IMG/VR virus record: IMGVR_UViG_3300002307_000010
Coordinates: 1-38,157 of that record
Strand: one strand, 5' to 3'
Source: a virus
Lineage: Duplodnaviria > Caudoviricetes
DNA length: 38,157 nucleotides
Below are positions 1 through 9,373 of the stretch, in pieces. The translations under genes were made by a program, and so were the position numbers. How positions within the stretch are numbered: the stretch's first letter is position 1; every line of letters starts with the position of its first letter. The notes under the pieces are model-generated. The model was not told the DNA's origin. It made no database searches and saw nothing but the letters and a program-made list of their open reading frames with translations.

Positions 1-802
1 CCACCACCACCTCCAACAGTCCCAAGAACACCACTCGAGTTAATAAATAATGGAACACTGCTTGATGAAGTTACACCAAATACGCCAGTAGCAGTAATCC
101 CACCACTTCCAGAGTTCAATGTTAAACTTGATGTAGTATTAGTACTTCCTACAGCAACTGTTTTTGCACCAGTACCCGTTCCCACATTTACTGTACTTGT
201 TGTAGCATCAGTAGCTAGCGATACTGTACCGCCATTAGCAGTAATACCCACGAATGTCATAGTTATAGTGTTAGCTGATCCGCCAAATGAAGCGCCCGTC
301 GTGCCACCGGTCAATGTAATTGCAGGTCCCGTCTGTGCACCGCCGGTGTTACCAGTAATTGAAGTTATTGCAGAAGTGAGAGCAGTTGTAGCTATTGTGA
401 GAGTATTAGCTGTTCCTATTACCGTTATACCAGTACCTGCAGTAATATTTACATTGCCTGCTAATGGCGATATTGCACCACCACTCGTTGATCCGGTTAA
501 AGTTTGAATAGCTCCAGTCCCTACTAATGATGCGGTAAGCGTATTTCCGCTTCCAACTATAGTTATACCAGTAGCATCACCAACTACATTTATATTACCT
601 GATGATGGTGATATGGCGCCACCGGTATTTCCAGTCAGACTGTCTACTTCGCCAACAACACCAGTTTTAAAGGTGGGCAATGCACCAGCTCCATTTGAAG
701 TTAATACTTGTCCTAATGTTCCTACACTGGCAATAGATTGAATAGGGTTTGTACTGGCAGTTCCACCACAAAGAACTGCATATGATGTATTAGATTGAAC
801 AC
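1..802. repeat. Terminal direct repeat, left copy (circular assembly overlap)
   Basis: 1-802 (ccaccaccacctccaacag...gattgaacac) recurs at 37356-38157; the ORF track gives the same antisense peptide at both ends. Implies a 37,355-bp circle. Confidence 0.97.
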
Positions 803-851
803 CGGTACCACCTTCAGAAATAGGCTGGGGAGATATTCTTTTAAAACTCAT
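1..851 (-). CDS. 5' part of the long tail fibre gene; wraps across the circle junction into 35150-38157 (about 1018 aa in total)
   Basis: ATG at 851 gives MSFKRISPQPISEGGTGVQSNTSYAVLCGGTAS...LPTFKTGVVGEVD, in frame with the 35150..38035 ORF (38035 equals position 680; 851-680 = 57 codons). Confidence 0.9.
   Translation of the reverse strand, partial: MSFKRISPQPISEGGTGVQSNTSYAVLCGGTASTNPIQSIASVGTLGQVLTSNGAGALPTFKTGVVGEVDSLTGNTGGAISPSSGNINVVGDATGITIVGSGNTLTASLVGTGAIQTLTGSTSGGAISPLAGNVNITAGTGITVIGTANTLTIATTALTSAITSITGNTGGAQTGPAITLTGGTTGASFGGSANTITMTFVGITANGGTVSLATDATTSTVNVGTGTGAKTVAVGSTNTTSSLTLNSGSGGITATGVFGVTSSSSVPLFINSSGVLGTVGGGG
718..803. repeat. 86-bp exact repeat, copy 1 (other copy 1266-1351), shared by the 5' ends of two tail genes
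   Basis: gttcctacactggcaatagattgaatagggtttgtactggcagttccaccacaaagaactgcatatgatgtattagattgaacacc occurs at 718-803 and 1266-1351. Confidence 0.93.
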
Positions 852-910
852 GATTAAGAGCCTTTTCTTTTAAATATTTTAATCGGCCTTCACTCATTGT
901 ATGATATGTA

Positions 911-1399
911 TTAAAAGACTTCGTATGTACTGGCATTACCAATTATTGAAATAGATTCATACGCAGTATTCATTACAAAAGTAGTAGCACCATCTATATC
1001 AACTGCACCACCTACTGTTGTTACGGTAATATTATGAGTAGCAGCTGATCCTGTTCTATCTTTTATATCCAATGTTCTACTCAGTGTTGCTGCATTAGGT
1101 AACTGAATTGTTATAGCACCACCAGAACAATCAACACTAAGATAATCATCAGTACTTAATACAATGTATGGAGAACTATTAACATTTGTATAGGTGATGA
1201 AATTAACACCATTTTGGAATGTAGGTAATGCACCAGCACCATTTGAAGTTAAAATTTGTCCAGCCGTTCCTACACTGGCAATAGATTGAATAGGGTTTGT
1301 ACTGGCAGTTCCACCACAAAGAACTGCATATGATGTATTAGATTGAACACCACTACCACCTTCAATAACGGGGAGTGGGGAGATTATTTTATACGCCAT
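911..1399 (-). CDS. Short tail-fibre-associated protein (N-terminal module shared with the long fibre, C-terminal module shared with 1445-2203)
   Basis: N-term GGSGVQSNTSYAVLCGGTASTNPIQS is shared with the wrap-around fibre. C-term SPYIVLSTDDYLSVD..GG.ITIQLP..KDRTG.AA..NI is paralogous to the neighbouring gene. RBS AAGGA. Confidence 0.75.
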   Translation of the reverse strand: MAYKIISPLPVIEGGSGVQSNTSYAVLCGGTASTNPIQSIASVGTAGQILTSNGAGALPTFQNGVNFITYTNVNSSPYIVLSTDDYLSVDCSGGAITIQLPNAATLSRTLDIKDRTGSAATHNITVTTVGGAVDIDGATTFVMNTAYESISIIGNASTYEVF

Positions 1400-1444
1400 A
1401 GTTAATTTCCTTAATAAAAAATGTATTAATATATTTCAAATGTA

Positions 1445-2203
1445 TTAGTAAATTTCATAACTGGTCCCATTTCCTATCAAAGAAACAGATTGATATGCAG
1501 AATCCATTACAAAAAAAGTAACGCCATCGATAGTATCTATTCCACTCACCGTTGTAATACTAATATTATTTGCTGCAGCGTTTCCTGTTCTATCTTTTAC
1601 TATATATGGTTCACCTGTGAAAGCTGCATCAGGAAATAGAAGTGTAATGGGACCACCACTAGAATCAACGCTCAGATACACATCATCCTCTAATACAAAA
1701 TAGGGAGACATATTAACATCTACATAGGTAAAAAATATACCAGTACTCGAGACAGTCACAGTATTTGAAGTACCACTTGTAGTTATACCTTTGCCACCAA
1801 TTATATTAAGTACACCAAGTACTGGGGTTGCAGCACCAGAATCTGTTTCAAATGATTCAGCAATAACACCACTAATAACTGAGGCAGTGAGAATATGTGT
1901 GGAGGGATTACCAGTAATTGTTATAGTTACTCCATCACCTTCAATACCAATATTTCCCGCTAATGGACTTATTGCTCCACCACTATTGCCGGTTAATGTG
2001 CTTACTTCACCACTACCAATAGCGGAGATAGTTAATGTATTAGTTGATGGATTACCGCTCACTTGTACTGTTGTCCCATCACCAATTATATTTATATTAT
2101 CAGCACCATTGGGACCAACAACACCACCGGTATTTCCTGTGAGAGTTTCAACCACCATTCCTGGTGGTAATGTAGATATGGTAAAGGTTCCTGATTGTGA
2201 CAC
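1445..2203 (-). CDS. Tail-fibre-like protein with TGN(S/T)GG..P..NINI.GDG repeats
   Basis: Likely GTG start at 2203 behind AAGGAG (ORF track extends to 2233). Repeat modules match those of the large fibres. Confidence 0.75.
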   Translation of the reverse strand: MSQSGTFTISTLPPGMVVETLTGNTGGVVGPNGADNINIIGDGTTVQVSGNPSTNTLTISAIGSGEVSTLTGNSGGAISPLAGNIGIEGDGVTITITGNPSTHILTASVISGVIAESFETDSGAATPVLGVLNIIGGKGITTSGTSNTVTVSSTGIFFTYVDVNMSPYFVLEDDVYLSVDSSGGPITLLFPDAAFTGEPYIVKDRTGNAAANNISITTVSGIDTIDGVTFFVMDSAYQSVSLIGNGTSYEIY

Positions 2204-2216
2204 AATTATCTCCTTA

Positions 2217-2570
2217 TTATACCGATGAGGCATATACTACTGTTACATAAACACTTCCCATAACAGGTAACGTAGCTACTGCTCTCACATAGATTCTATC
2301 GCCCTGTGGTTGCTCAAGAAGACCTCCCATAGATGACTTATTTGATGCATAGTCATACAGGAAGAATCCATTAGCCGCTACTATATCATGATCATCAATA
2401 GCATTAAGTGATATAAAAATAGGTTGATTGGTAAGATTGGTAACTTTAAGTATTCGTATCGGATTAGCAAATGGTAATCCCACACCATTGTATTGAGAAG
2501 TTATTGATGAATAAATGATACTTCTTAAAGGTTCATATCTAATTCGTACTGCATTTGCGAAATTACTCAT
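2217..2570 (-). CDS. Small virion/tail protein (paralogue of 2580-2906)
   Basis: 117 aa beta-rich ORF in the tail operon; pattern IL.VTN.T.QPI.IS.N..DDHD.V is shared with the next gene. Confidence 0.6.
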   Translation of the reverse strand: MSNFANAVRIRYEPLRSIIYSSITSQYNGVGLPFANPIRILKVTNLTNQPIFISLNAIDDHDIVAANGFFLYDYASNKSSMGGLLEQPQGDRIYVRAVATLPVMGSVYVTVVYASSV

Positions 2571-2579
2571 AATATATTC

Positions 2580-2906
2580 CTATACGTAATAACCGGATAG
2601 ATAAACATTACCTGTTCCAGCCGTACCTTTAATATAGACGATCGTATATTTAGGGAACAAAGCTACTTGTGCATGAGGTTGTGAATTTGTTTGCGATGGC
2701 AATTCAAATGCAGTTCCTGCTGGCACATATTCATGATCATTAACACCATTATAACTGATAGTTACTGGCATTGTGCTATTGTTAACAATACGAATAAAAA
2801 ACGGGGCGTGTGTAAACCCCGTCCCGTTAAGTGGTGCATAAAAAGTAGTAATAGCCGATGACAATATACTACTCAGTGCAAATGGTTTGACTGAATTTTG
2901 AGCCAT
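2580..2906 (-). CDS. Small virion/tail protein (paralogue of 2217-2570)
   Basis: Start moved to MAQNSV (ATG 2906, RBS AAGGGG); IRIVNNSTMPVTISYNGVNDHEYV resembles its neighbour. Confidence 0.6.
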   Translation of the reverse strand: MAQNSVKPFALSSILSSAITTFYAPLNGTGFTHAPFFIRIVNNSTMPVTISYNGVNDHEYVPAGTAFELPSQTNSQPHAQVALFPKYTIVYIKGTAGTGNVYLSGYYV

Positions 2907-2907
2907 T

Positions 2908-3126
2908 TTAATCCCCTTGTACAACCACTTCTGGTTCAACTGCTGCGTCTGGTTCAACGACTGGTTTTGCTGCCTGAATTGATTGTTGAGAAAGTTCATT
3001 TAACTTCTGCAATACTTCAAAAGCAGCATCAATTGCATTGCCCCAACTTGCACCATCTGGCATATGAAAAGCAAAAGCGAAATCGTTTTTTATAGATTCG
3101 AGGATATGATTTTTTTTGAATTCCAT
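2908..3126 (-). CDS. Hypothetical protein, 72 aa
   Basis: Strong AAGGAG RBS; tightly packed in the operon. Confidence 0.7.
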   Translation of the reverse strand: MEFKKNHILESIKNDFAFAFHMPDGASWGNAIDAAFEVLQKLNELSQQSIQAAKPVVEPDAAVEPEVVVQGD

Positions 3127-3162
3127 GAGATCTCCTTTTAAAGAATTTATATTATATTTTAA

Positions 3163-3201
3163 GCATAGCTCTCCAGTCTTTATAAGACCAGAAAGCTATG
3201 C
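3163..3201 (-). terminator. Long intergenic hairpin (terminator, stabiliser or processing stem)
   Basis: Minus RNA GCAUAGCUUUCUGGUCUU-AUA-AAGACUGGAGAGCUAUGC forms 18 bp with G-U pairs, fully paired only on the minus strand. Confidence 0.6.
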
Positions 3202-3228
3202 AAGTGTAGGGAGGGAATGAAGCCTAAA

Positions 3229-4902
3229 TTATGTGGCAGTTGTTATAGAAGTCCAAGCCGTACCACCACTTGTATTAATATATGCACGAGTAGTCGAACT
3301 TGATCCATCTGTTCGCAAGTAAAGTGATCCTATAGCTCCAGTTACAATACCAGCAGGACTACCACCTCCTGAAAGAACAAGAACCCCACCAGGAAGACTT
3401 AAGCCAGTCTGTACACTCGTAATATCGGTTATACTTATTCCAGCATTAGCAACGACTGGTGTTCCTACTGGTGTATTAAGTGCTAATGTACAACCCGCTG
3501 TAGTTGAACCAACTGCCGTAGCATGAACTGTTGCATTCGTTCCTAGGTTTAATGCACCGGTACCAACATTAACAACAACTGAAGTCGCACCTGTACTATT
3601 ACCCACAGTCACAGTACGTGCCGCAGCACCCGTTCCAACATTTATTGCTTGAGCATTAGCCCCACCACCAATACTAATTGCACCAGTAGTTGCATCAATA
3701 GTAGTTGCTCCCACAGAACTGATCGTAAGTGTTCCATCAGAAACCGCTTCCATGTTACCAGTTCCTGCAAGAAGACTCAAAGATGCAGCGCCAGTATTTG
3801 TACCGAGCGTCAACACGTTGGCCACGGCACCCGTACCAATATTAACAGTTTTAATACCCGTTCCACCAGTAGCGATATTGACTGTCTGTGCCCCAGTTCC
3901 CGGAGCTAATGATACTGTACCGGTCTGAGCCCCTGTACCACCAATACTTACAGTACCTGTTGTCATAGCCGTACCGATTGCAACTGAACCAGCTGTCTGA
4001 GCATTACCAATCGTAATGACATTGGCTCCTGTACCACCAATAGCAATTGTCTTGACTACTGCAGTTCCTGTACCAATATCGATCGTTGTAGCATGAGCAT
4101 CTGCACTTATTGCCACAAGTCCCGTCTCTGTTGCAACAGTAAATTCACCATTTGTAGATGAAAAAACAAATCCATTAGTCCCTGCAACAAATGTCATACC
4201 ACCAGCAGCATTAGATGCATCGAGGTTAATAGCATTACCATCATCTAAACCACCACTTAATGATATTCCACCAACAGTTGAAAGAAGTTCTATAGCAGCC
4301 GGATCGGTACCTTGTATTGCATTAATAATAATACGTTCGGTCGTACCACCATTTGCAGTAAGACTAATAGCAGGATCAGTATTAGAAGTTGTTGTTAAAC
4401 TGATAGCATCCGCAGATGTTAAATCAAAATCACCATTAACTGTTACATCACCAGTAACCGTAAGATTATTATCAATAACTGTTACGCCACTAATACCCAC
4501 TGTTCCACCAAAGCTAGCATCACCGCTCGCATAAAATGTTCCATTGACACTCATATCTGCGGTGAGGGTAGAACCGAGCGCGGCTGAACTACCAGCGGCC
4601 ATGGTAAGATTACCAGCAGTAACAATAACATTACCGGCAGTCACTGTTAGATTTCCAGGATTAACGGTAAGCGCTGTTAATGTTTCTGCACCACCTGTAG
4701 TTGCTGTCCACACATTAGCTGCTGCACCAACAGAACATAAAATAAAAAATGATTGGGATGTAGTGTTGACCCAAACAGTTCCAAGTTCAGCAGTATCATA
4801 TACAGTAGGATCAGTTGGTTTGACAATGGGCTCTTGTTGTAGTCCAGCTTGTGGATTAGGGTAACCATAGAGTGTATTGCGACGATTTACTTGCGTAGAC
4901 AT
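3229..4902 (-). CDS. Tail fibre/spike-like virion protein (G/T/A-rich beta repeats)
   Basis: N-term DPTVYD..LGTVWVN resembles the N-term of 32440-35157; repeated 'IGTG...TVxIG' units; C-term GSP.G.VT..IGSLYLRTDG motif typical of phage fibres. Confidence 0.7.
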   Translation of the reverse strand: MSTQVNRRNTLYGYPNPQAGLQQEPIVKPTDPTVYDTAELGTVWVNTTSQSFFILCSVGAAANVWTATTGGAETLTALTVNPGNLTVTAGNVIVTAGNLTMAAGSSAALGSTLTADMSVNGTFYASGDASFGGTVGISGVTVIDNNLTVTGDVTVNGDFDLTSADAISLTTTSNTDPAISLTANGGTTERIIINAIQGTDPAAIELLSTVGGISLSGGLDDGNAINLDASNAAGGMTFVAGTNGFVFSSTNGEFTVATETGLVAISADAHATTIDIGTGTAVVKTIAIGGTGANVITIGNAQTAGSVAIGTAMTTGTVSIGGTGAQTGTVSLAPGTGAQTVNIATGGTGIKTVNIGTGAVANVLTLGTNTGAASLSLLAGTGNMEAVSDGTLTISSVGATTIDATTGAISIGGGANAQAINVGTGAAARTVTVGNSTGATSVVVNVGTGALNLGTNATVHATAVGSTTAGCTLALNTPVGTPVVANAGISITDITSVQTGLSLPGGVLVLSGGGSPAGIVTGAIGSLYLRTDGSSSTTRAYINTSGGTAWTSITTAT

Positions 4903-4973
4903 TATGTCTCTCCTTAAAGCTTTAAATTATCTTACCTATAGTAAATTATATTTTCTGGTGATACACAATAAAC

Positions 4974-5002
4974 TTGACCAATGTTCGCTAACATGTTAGT
5001 GT
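4974..5002 (+). promoter_or_regulatory. Sigma70-like promoter with an overlapping 12-bp palindromic operator
   Basis: TTGACC(4974)-17 bp-TAGTGT(4997) with extended TG; perfect palindrome CTAACATGTTAG at 4988-4999. Confidence 0.6.
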
Positions 5003-5023
5003 ATAAATAGAAGGGTAAAGAAA

Positions 5024-5203
5024 ATGACAGTTAAAAAACGTAAGCAAATGGCTTTTGACATAAATCCAGAGATACATCAAAAAGTTAAGGTATTAGCTTT
5101 AACAAGAAATATATCGATTAACCTCTGGGTTCAAAGAGCCATAATTCGAGAGATAGATAGACAATTAAGAAGTGAACACCAAGAAAATATGAAAATAATA
5201 TAA
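5024..5203 (+). CDS. Ribbon-helix-helix (Arc/HicB-like) DNA-binding protein, 59 aa (not in ORF track)
   Basis: MTVKKRKQMAFDINPEIHQKVKVLALTRNISINLWVQRAIIREI... fits the RHH pattern; RBS AAGGG. Confidence 0.75.
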   Translation: MTVKKRKQMAFDINPEIHQKVKVLALTRNISINLWVQRAIIREIDRQLRSEHQENMKII

Positions 5204-5211
5204 CTGAGGGA

Positions 5212-5430
5212 ATGACGATGATTAGTTTACATGACTTTATTACAAGCACTATCACTCAAATACAGTTGGGAGTTGATAAGTCAAATAAAAACTTTAAAGA
5301 GTTTTATATTGGAGATATATCACTGGATGTGTATATAGATGAAAATGGCCATGTTGGTGGTAAGAATAAAATAACTTTAGATTTAGGTATAAATCGTCCA
5401 TTGGAGAAATTAAATGATGTTTACAGATAA
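5212..5430 (+). CDS. Hypothetical protein, possibly Trypco2-like small domain
   Basis: LHDFITSTITQIQLGV...ISLDV loosely resembles trypsin-co-occurring domain 2; weak recognition. Confidence 0.45.
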   Translation: MTMISLHDFITSTITQIQLGVDKSNKNFKEFYIGDISLDVYIDENGHVGGKNKITLDLGINRPLEKLNDVYR

Positions 5431-5581
5431 TAGGGAATGTGTATTTTGTGGGCAATATGAAAACCCCACTAATGATGAAGAGTCACGGTTAGACAATCCA
5501 GATAATCCAGAAAATTTTTATACAGTTGATGGTGGGGATGAAATGGATATAGTGCATTATGAATGTTTTGATAATTGGTAA
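5414..5581 (+). CDS. Small acidic Zn-binding protein, 55 aa (not in ORF track)
   Basis: MMFTDNRECVFCGQ...IVHYECFDNW; CxxC and HxxC motifs; RBS GGAG. Confidence 0.6.
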   Translation: MMFTDNRECVFCGQYENPTNDEESRLDNPDNPENFYTVDGGDEMDIVHYECFDNW

Positions 5582-5590
5582 AGGAATAAA

Positions 5591-5671
5591 ATGTGTTGCT
5601 CTATATTTAACTTCATAATCGTCGCTCTAGTATATATATATTTCTTTGGCGACGATTATGATAGTGATTAA
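5591..5671 (+). CDS. 26-aa single-TM peptide (not in ORF track)
   Basis: MCCSIFNFIIVALVYIYFFGDDYDSD behind AAGGA; contains a 13-bp inverted repeat. Confidence 0.45.
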   Translation: MCCSIFNFIIVALVYIYFFGDDYDSD

Positions 5672-6954
5672 TTTCTTAATTGATATTTACCTTTTGTAGA
5701 TTGTTCATCGGGATTATTTTTCTCAAATTCATTAGCTGATTTGTTTAATTTTGATAAATATTTTGCAGCAGTTTTAACATCATTCTTCAGAGATGCTTCT
5801 ATAAATCCTTTATAATATCTTTGTGCAACAGGACTTTTGATTAATAACTGAAATGTTTTTGCTGACTCATGTATACCCAATGCACCACTACCTATGGCAG
5901 CAATTTGAGGATATGATAAATGTGATGCACCATGATATCCTCCTACAAATAGTAAATGCTGGACCAATCGATTATTAGTTAATTGTTTAAGTTTTGGATG
6001 TTCTGCTATAAAATTTTGAACATAATTAGTACTTTTAAGAGCACCTGTTAATTCTTCACCTATTTTATATGGATTATAAAATTTAGGATTAGTTTCTCCA
6101 TATCGTTCTATACCTTTATTAATCGTTCCAACTGCTTGTTTAACATAATCTCGACTATTTTTAGATAAACTTTTATCCGATAGATATTGATTCCAGTCCT
6201 GTTTCAAATTAATCGCATCAACAATGTTACCTTTACCCGCTTCAGTTCCTATATTATTAATAGAATCAAGACGTTCCAATATGAACTTTTTATCAGGATT
6301 ATCACCCTTTTTAATTCGTTCAGCAATCTTCTCTAATTTTTGTATTGTTGGGCTAAGATCGAATTTAGTATTTTCAGGTATCTCTGCGAATGCATCTTTG
6401 TATGATTGCTTTTGTAGTTTAGTTAATTCTCTTCTTCCACCAGCAGTTCCAGCAAGTGCTATAGATCCTATCTTAGCACCTACCCCAAGGAATGGAGAAC
6501 CGGTTACTTTCTCAGTTGCCCATTGTGCTGCATTACCAATTACTGACTTACCTAATGCCCCACCGATTTGCTTCAAAAAAGGAACTTTCGCTTTACCCGG
6601 AACAAATAATGCTGCTGCATCACTAATTATCTGATCATATGATTCTTCGCCACTACTTTTTGGTTCAAGATATTCACCAGTTAATCTTTTAGTGCCATGT
6701 TGACGAATTTCTTCAGATGTAGGTAATCCTGCTTGAGCAGATTTAATAGCCTCTTGAGGAATAAAGTTTTCTTTCCCAGTAAGTTTACCAATACCATAAT
6801 TAGCAACTTGACCAATTCCTTGCACTATATCTGCTGGTAATCCTGCAACTGTTTCAAATCCACGTGCTAATGTTCTTGCTCCAGTTCGTATTCCATATAA
6901 TAAGTTAGATTCATTTATAGATGCCGGATTATTAGTTCTTAATCGGTATGACAT
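5668..6954 (-). CDS. Putative internal virion/DNA ejection protein
   Basis: 428 aa helical protein with Gly/Ala amphipathic segments, at the end of the tail operon where podoviruses place ejection proteins. Confidence 0.55.
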   Translation of the reverse strand: MSYRLRTNNPASINESNLLYGIRTGARTLARGFETVAGLPADIVQGIGQVANYGIGKLTGKENFIPQEAIKSAQAGLPTSEEIRQHGTKRLTGEYLEPKSSGEESYDQIISDAAALFVPGKAKVPFLKQIGGALGKSVIGNAAQWATEKVTGSPFLGVGAKIGSIALAGTAGGRRELTKLQKQSYKDAFAEIPENTKFDLSPTIQKLEKIAERIKKGDNPDKKFILERLDSINNIGTEAGKGNIVDAINLKQDWNQYLSDKSLSKNSRDYVKQAVGTINKGIERYGETNPKFYNPYKIGEELTGALKSTNYVQNFIAEHPKLKQLTNNRLVQHLLFVGGYHGASHLSYPQIAAIGSGALGIHESAKTFQLLIKSPVAQRYYKGFIEASLKNDVKTAAKYLSKLNKSANEFEKNNPDEQSTKGKYQLRN

Positions 6955-6955
6955 A

Positions 6956-8191
6956 TTATTTCCTATTGTCTTTTCTTACCCATTCTTTCCCATTACTTTG
7001 AAGAATTTCACCATTTTCTCCATCAATTATTTCACCTTTAAAGTATTTAGCGGGAGGTAATTTATCAAAAGAATTCTTATTGCCCTTGTTATCAATTATA
7101 CTTTGAGCATATTCTGTTGCCTCGTCATCAATCTTTTTTATAAATGGAGCTGCTAATTCTTCAATGATATCATCAGTTTCATCGTTCAATCCATACTTTT
7201 TAATAACTTCTTTTCTTATATCATCTTTAATTACATCAGCTTCTTCTACAGCCATATTTGAAATAGCAATAATTTGTATACCTTCGGGAGTATTTTTAAG
7301 AGTTGGTAATGATCGTTGAAATGTTTGTTCTAAAAAGTTAGTCAGTCGTGCATTTTTACCAAATTTACCCTCTATATTTTGTCCTAATCGAGCTACTACT
7401 TTTTCAGCTAACTCAGTAGTAATATTTCTACCAAATTCTTCTAGTCCAAGTTTTTTTAGTAATTGATACACATTTCCAGAGCGTAATTCACCACTGCGTG
7501 CATCTTTTAATAATTGTTGATAATCACGAATGCTCGCTTGTGCTTTCTTTGAACGTTCACGATATGGTGCACTAAATTCCCTTATATCTTTATTCTCTTG
7601 AGATGTAAGTCGTCTTTTCTGTATATCTAACTTTTCATTCTCTCGTCTTTCATGAGGTGTTTCAAATAAATTTTGCCCTTTAATTTCTTTTTTTGGAATT
7701 AGTTGGTGATTTAATTGCGGACCAACAGTTTCTTTTTCTGCCTGTTGTTGCGGTGGTTGTAATAATGACTTTAACCCATTATCACTTTGTTGTTGCTGCA
7801 TTTGGCCTAATGGACTTGAAAACTGGCTAGCAGCCTGTAATAATTGTTGATAAGGATCTTGTTGTTGTGTCTTTTGTCCAAAGTTATTAGGTGATTGTTG
7901 TGGTTGTACATATTGTTGTAATAGTTCCCCTAGTCCATTCTGTTCTTCATCAGGTTCATTTTGCTCTAGTAATTTATTAAGATTAAGATTTTTTAGTATT
8001 GCTTCACGTTCCCTAGGATTAAGGTTCGTTAAAAAATCGGCAATCTTTTCTGGTAATACCGATCTGAGTGATTTCGAATATCGATCACGTTCATGTTTCT
8101 CTGTAATCTGATTTAATTTATTTTGTGCTAACTCTTGTAACCCAGTTGAAAATGCTTCACCAATTTGATTTGGTAGTATTTGTACTGCCAT
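6956..8191 (-). CDS. Putative internal virion/DNA ejection protein
   Basis: 411 aa, Gln-rich and helical; synteny. Confidence 0.55.
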   Translation of the reverse strand: MAVQILPNQIGEAFSTGLQELAQNKLNQITEKHERDRYSKSLRSVLPEKIADFLTNLNPREREAILKNLNLNKLLEQNEPDEEQNGLGELLQQYVQPQQSPNNFGQKTQQQDPYQQLLQAASQFSSPLGQMQQQQSDNGLKSLLQPPQQQAEKETVGPQLNHQLIPKKEIKGQNLFETPHERRENEKLDIQKRRLTSQENKDIREFSAPYRERSKKAQASIRDYQQLLKDARSGELRSGNVYQLLKKLGLEEFGRNITTELAEKVVARLGQNIEGKFGKNARLTNFLEQTFQRSLPTLKNTPEGIQIIAISNMAVEEADVIKDDIRKEVIKKYGLNDETDDIIEELAAPFIKKIDDEATEYAQSIIDNKGNKNSFDKLPPAKYFKGEIIDGENGEILQSNGKEWVRKDNRK

Positions 8192-8200
8192 AATACTTCC

Positions 8201-8809
8201 TTACTTTTTATTATATGCTTCTAAAAATTTTGGAGCAGCTTTAAGAGCACCAGAAAATAAACTAGATCCTGTACCGGGTTGATAATAATTCTCAAATGAA
8301 GGTTTCAATCCTAGTCCAAGTGATTGTAGAGCAGTCTGTTTATTTTGCATACCGTAGTGAGATTTAAGTGCAGCAAGATTTGTATCTAATCCTGCTCCAG
8401 CTTGTCCTAATTGAGAAACAAAAGCAGGAGAGCCTAATGAATTGTTACCCAGACTAGTAAATCGTTCCGCAAGTCCTGGAACAGTATTCTGATTAAAATC
8501 ACTTCGTGCTTGATTTGCGATACCTTCAAATCCTTCATAAGGATTTTCAAATGAATTTTTTCCATGTTCTAAAAGGAACTGTAATATACTTTGTTGTTCA
8601 GGAGATAGGTTTTCTAGCTGTTGAATATCTCCATTACCACCTAACTTACTCAATAAACTTAAAAAAGCACCACCTGCACCACCTATTCCAGCGCCAAGAG
8701 CAGTTCCAGCAGGGTTTGCTGAGAAACTTCCTATTCCTGCACCAGCAGCTGCTCCTCCTGCTGCACCTTGTAATGCGTCTTTTAAGGCGTCTAACCAATT
8801 ACTTGCCAT
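8201..8809 (-). CDS. Putative pilot/ejection protein with glycine-zipper N-terminus
   Basis: GAAGGAAAGAGIG...GAGIGGAGGAFL; first of three ejection-like genes. Confidence 0.6.
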   Translation of the reverse strand: MASNWLDALKDALQGAAGGAAAGAGIGSFSANPAGTALGAGIGGAGGAFLSLLSKLGGNGDIQQLENLSPEQQSILQFLLEHGKNSFENPYEGFEGIANQARSDFNQNTVPGLAERFTSLGNNSLGSPAFVSQLGQAGAGLDTNLAALKSHYGMQNKQTALQSLGLGLKPSFENYYQPGTGSSLFSGALKAAPKFLEAYNKK

Positions 8810-8836
8810 ATTATCTCCTATTAATTTATGTACTAT

Positions 8837-9364
8837 CTAGAACATACAATATTCAAGTGTTACTTGCGAATCAGTGAAAGTTATTCCTGAAGCATTATTT
8901 ATTATAACCTGTGTTGCGGTAACACTCACCTGTATATTATTTCCAGAGGCATCTGCATATGGTAGAGGATATCCTACTAATGTAGTGGTATTAGTTGCAG
9001 CACCAGAAATAAACATCCACTTAAAAGTATTAGTTACTGGAACACCATGATTGATAGCAGTAACACCAGTACCAAGTGGTCCAGTATTTACTGTCATTAT
9101 ATATCCAGGCCGCAATTCAAGTGGTCGGTTTGAAGTAGGGTTGAAGAATAACTTACCACTTACAAATTCTTCATTTATATAGTATCCAGTAGCTTTTGTA
9201 TTCAGTACAATCGCAATGTTATTAACATTCTGATACAAACGAACCAATAGTTCCTTAAAGTCTGGACTATTAACATCAACTTCATAAAGACGAGCAATTT
9301 CCCATACATTAGTAGTTGGAACATATGATCCAGTATTAACTTGCTGATTTGGCACGTATGACAT
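8837..9364 (-). CDS. Tail-associated virion protein
   Basis: 175 aa, directly after the nozzle gene. Confidence 0.55.
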   Translation of the reverse strand: MSYVPNQQVNTGSYVPTTNVWEIARLYEVDVNSPDFKELLVRLYQNVNNIAIVLNTKATGYYINEEFVSGKLFFNPTSNRPLELRPGYIMTVNTGPLGTGVTAINHGVPVTNTFKWMFISGAATNTTTLVGYPLPYADASGNNIQVSVTATQVIINNASGITFTDSQVTLEYCMF

Positions 9365-9373
9365 TGTATATCC

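Noticed and set aside
1-802. Biological terminal repeats of the virion DNA
   Set aside because: The repeat starts and ends mid-gene at internal repeats, so an assembly overlap of a circular or permuted genome is more likely.
718-1351. Diversity-generating retroelement TR/VR pair or invertible shufflon
   Set aside because: No reverse transcriptase or invertase; the copies are identical, direct and N-terminal, with no adenine-specific differences.
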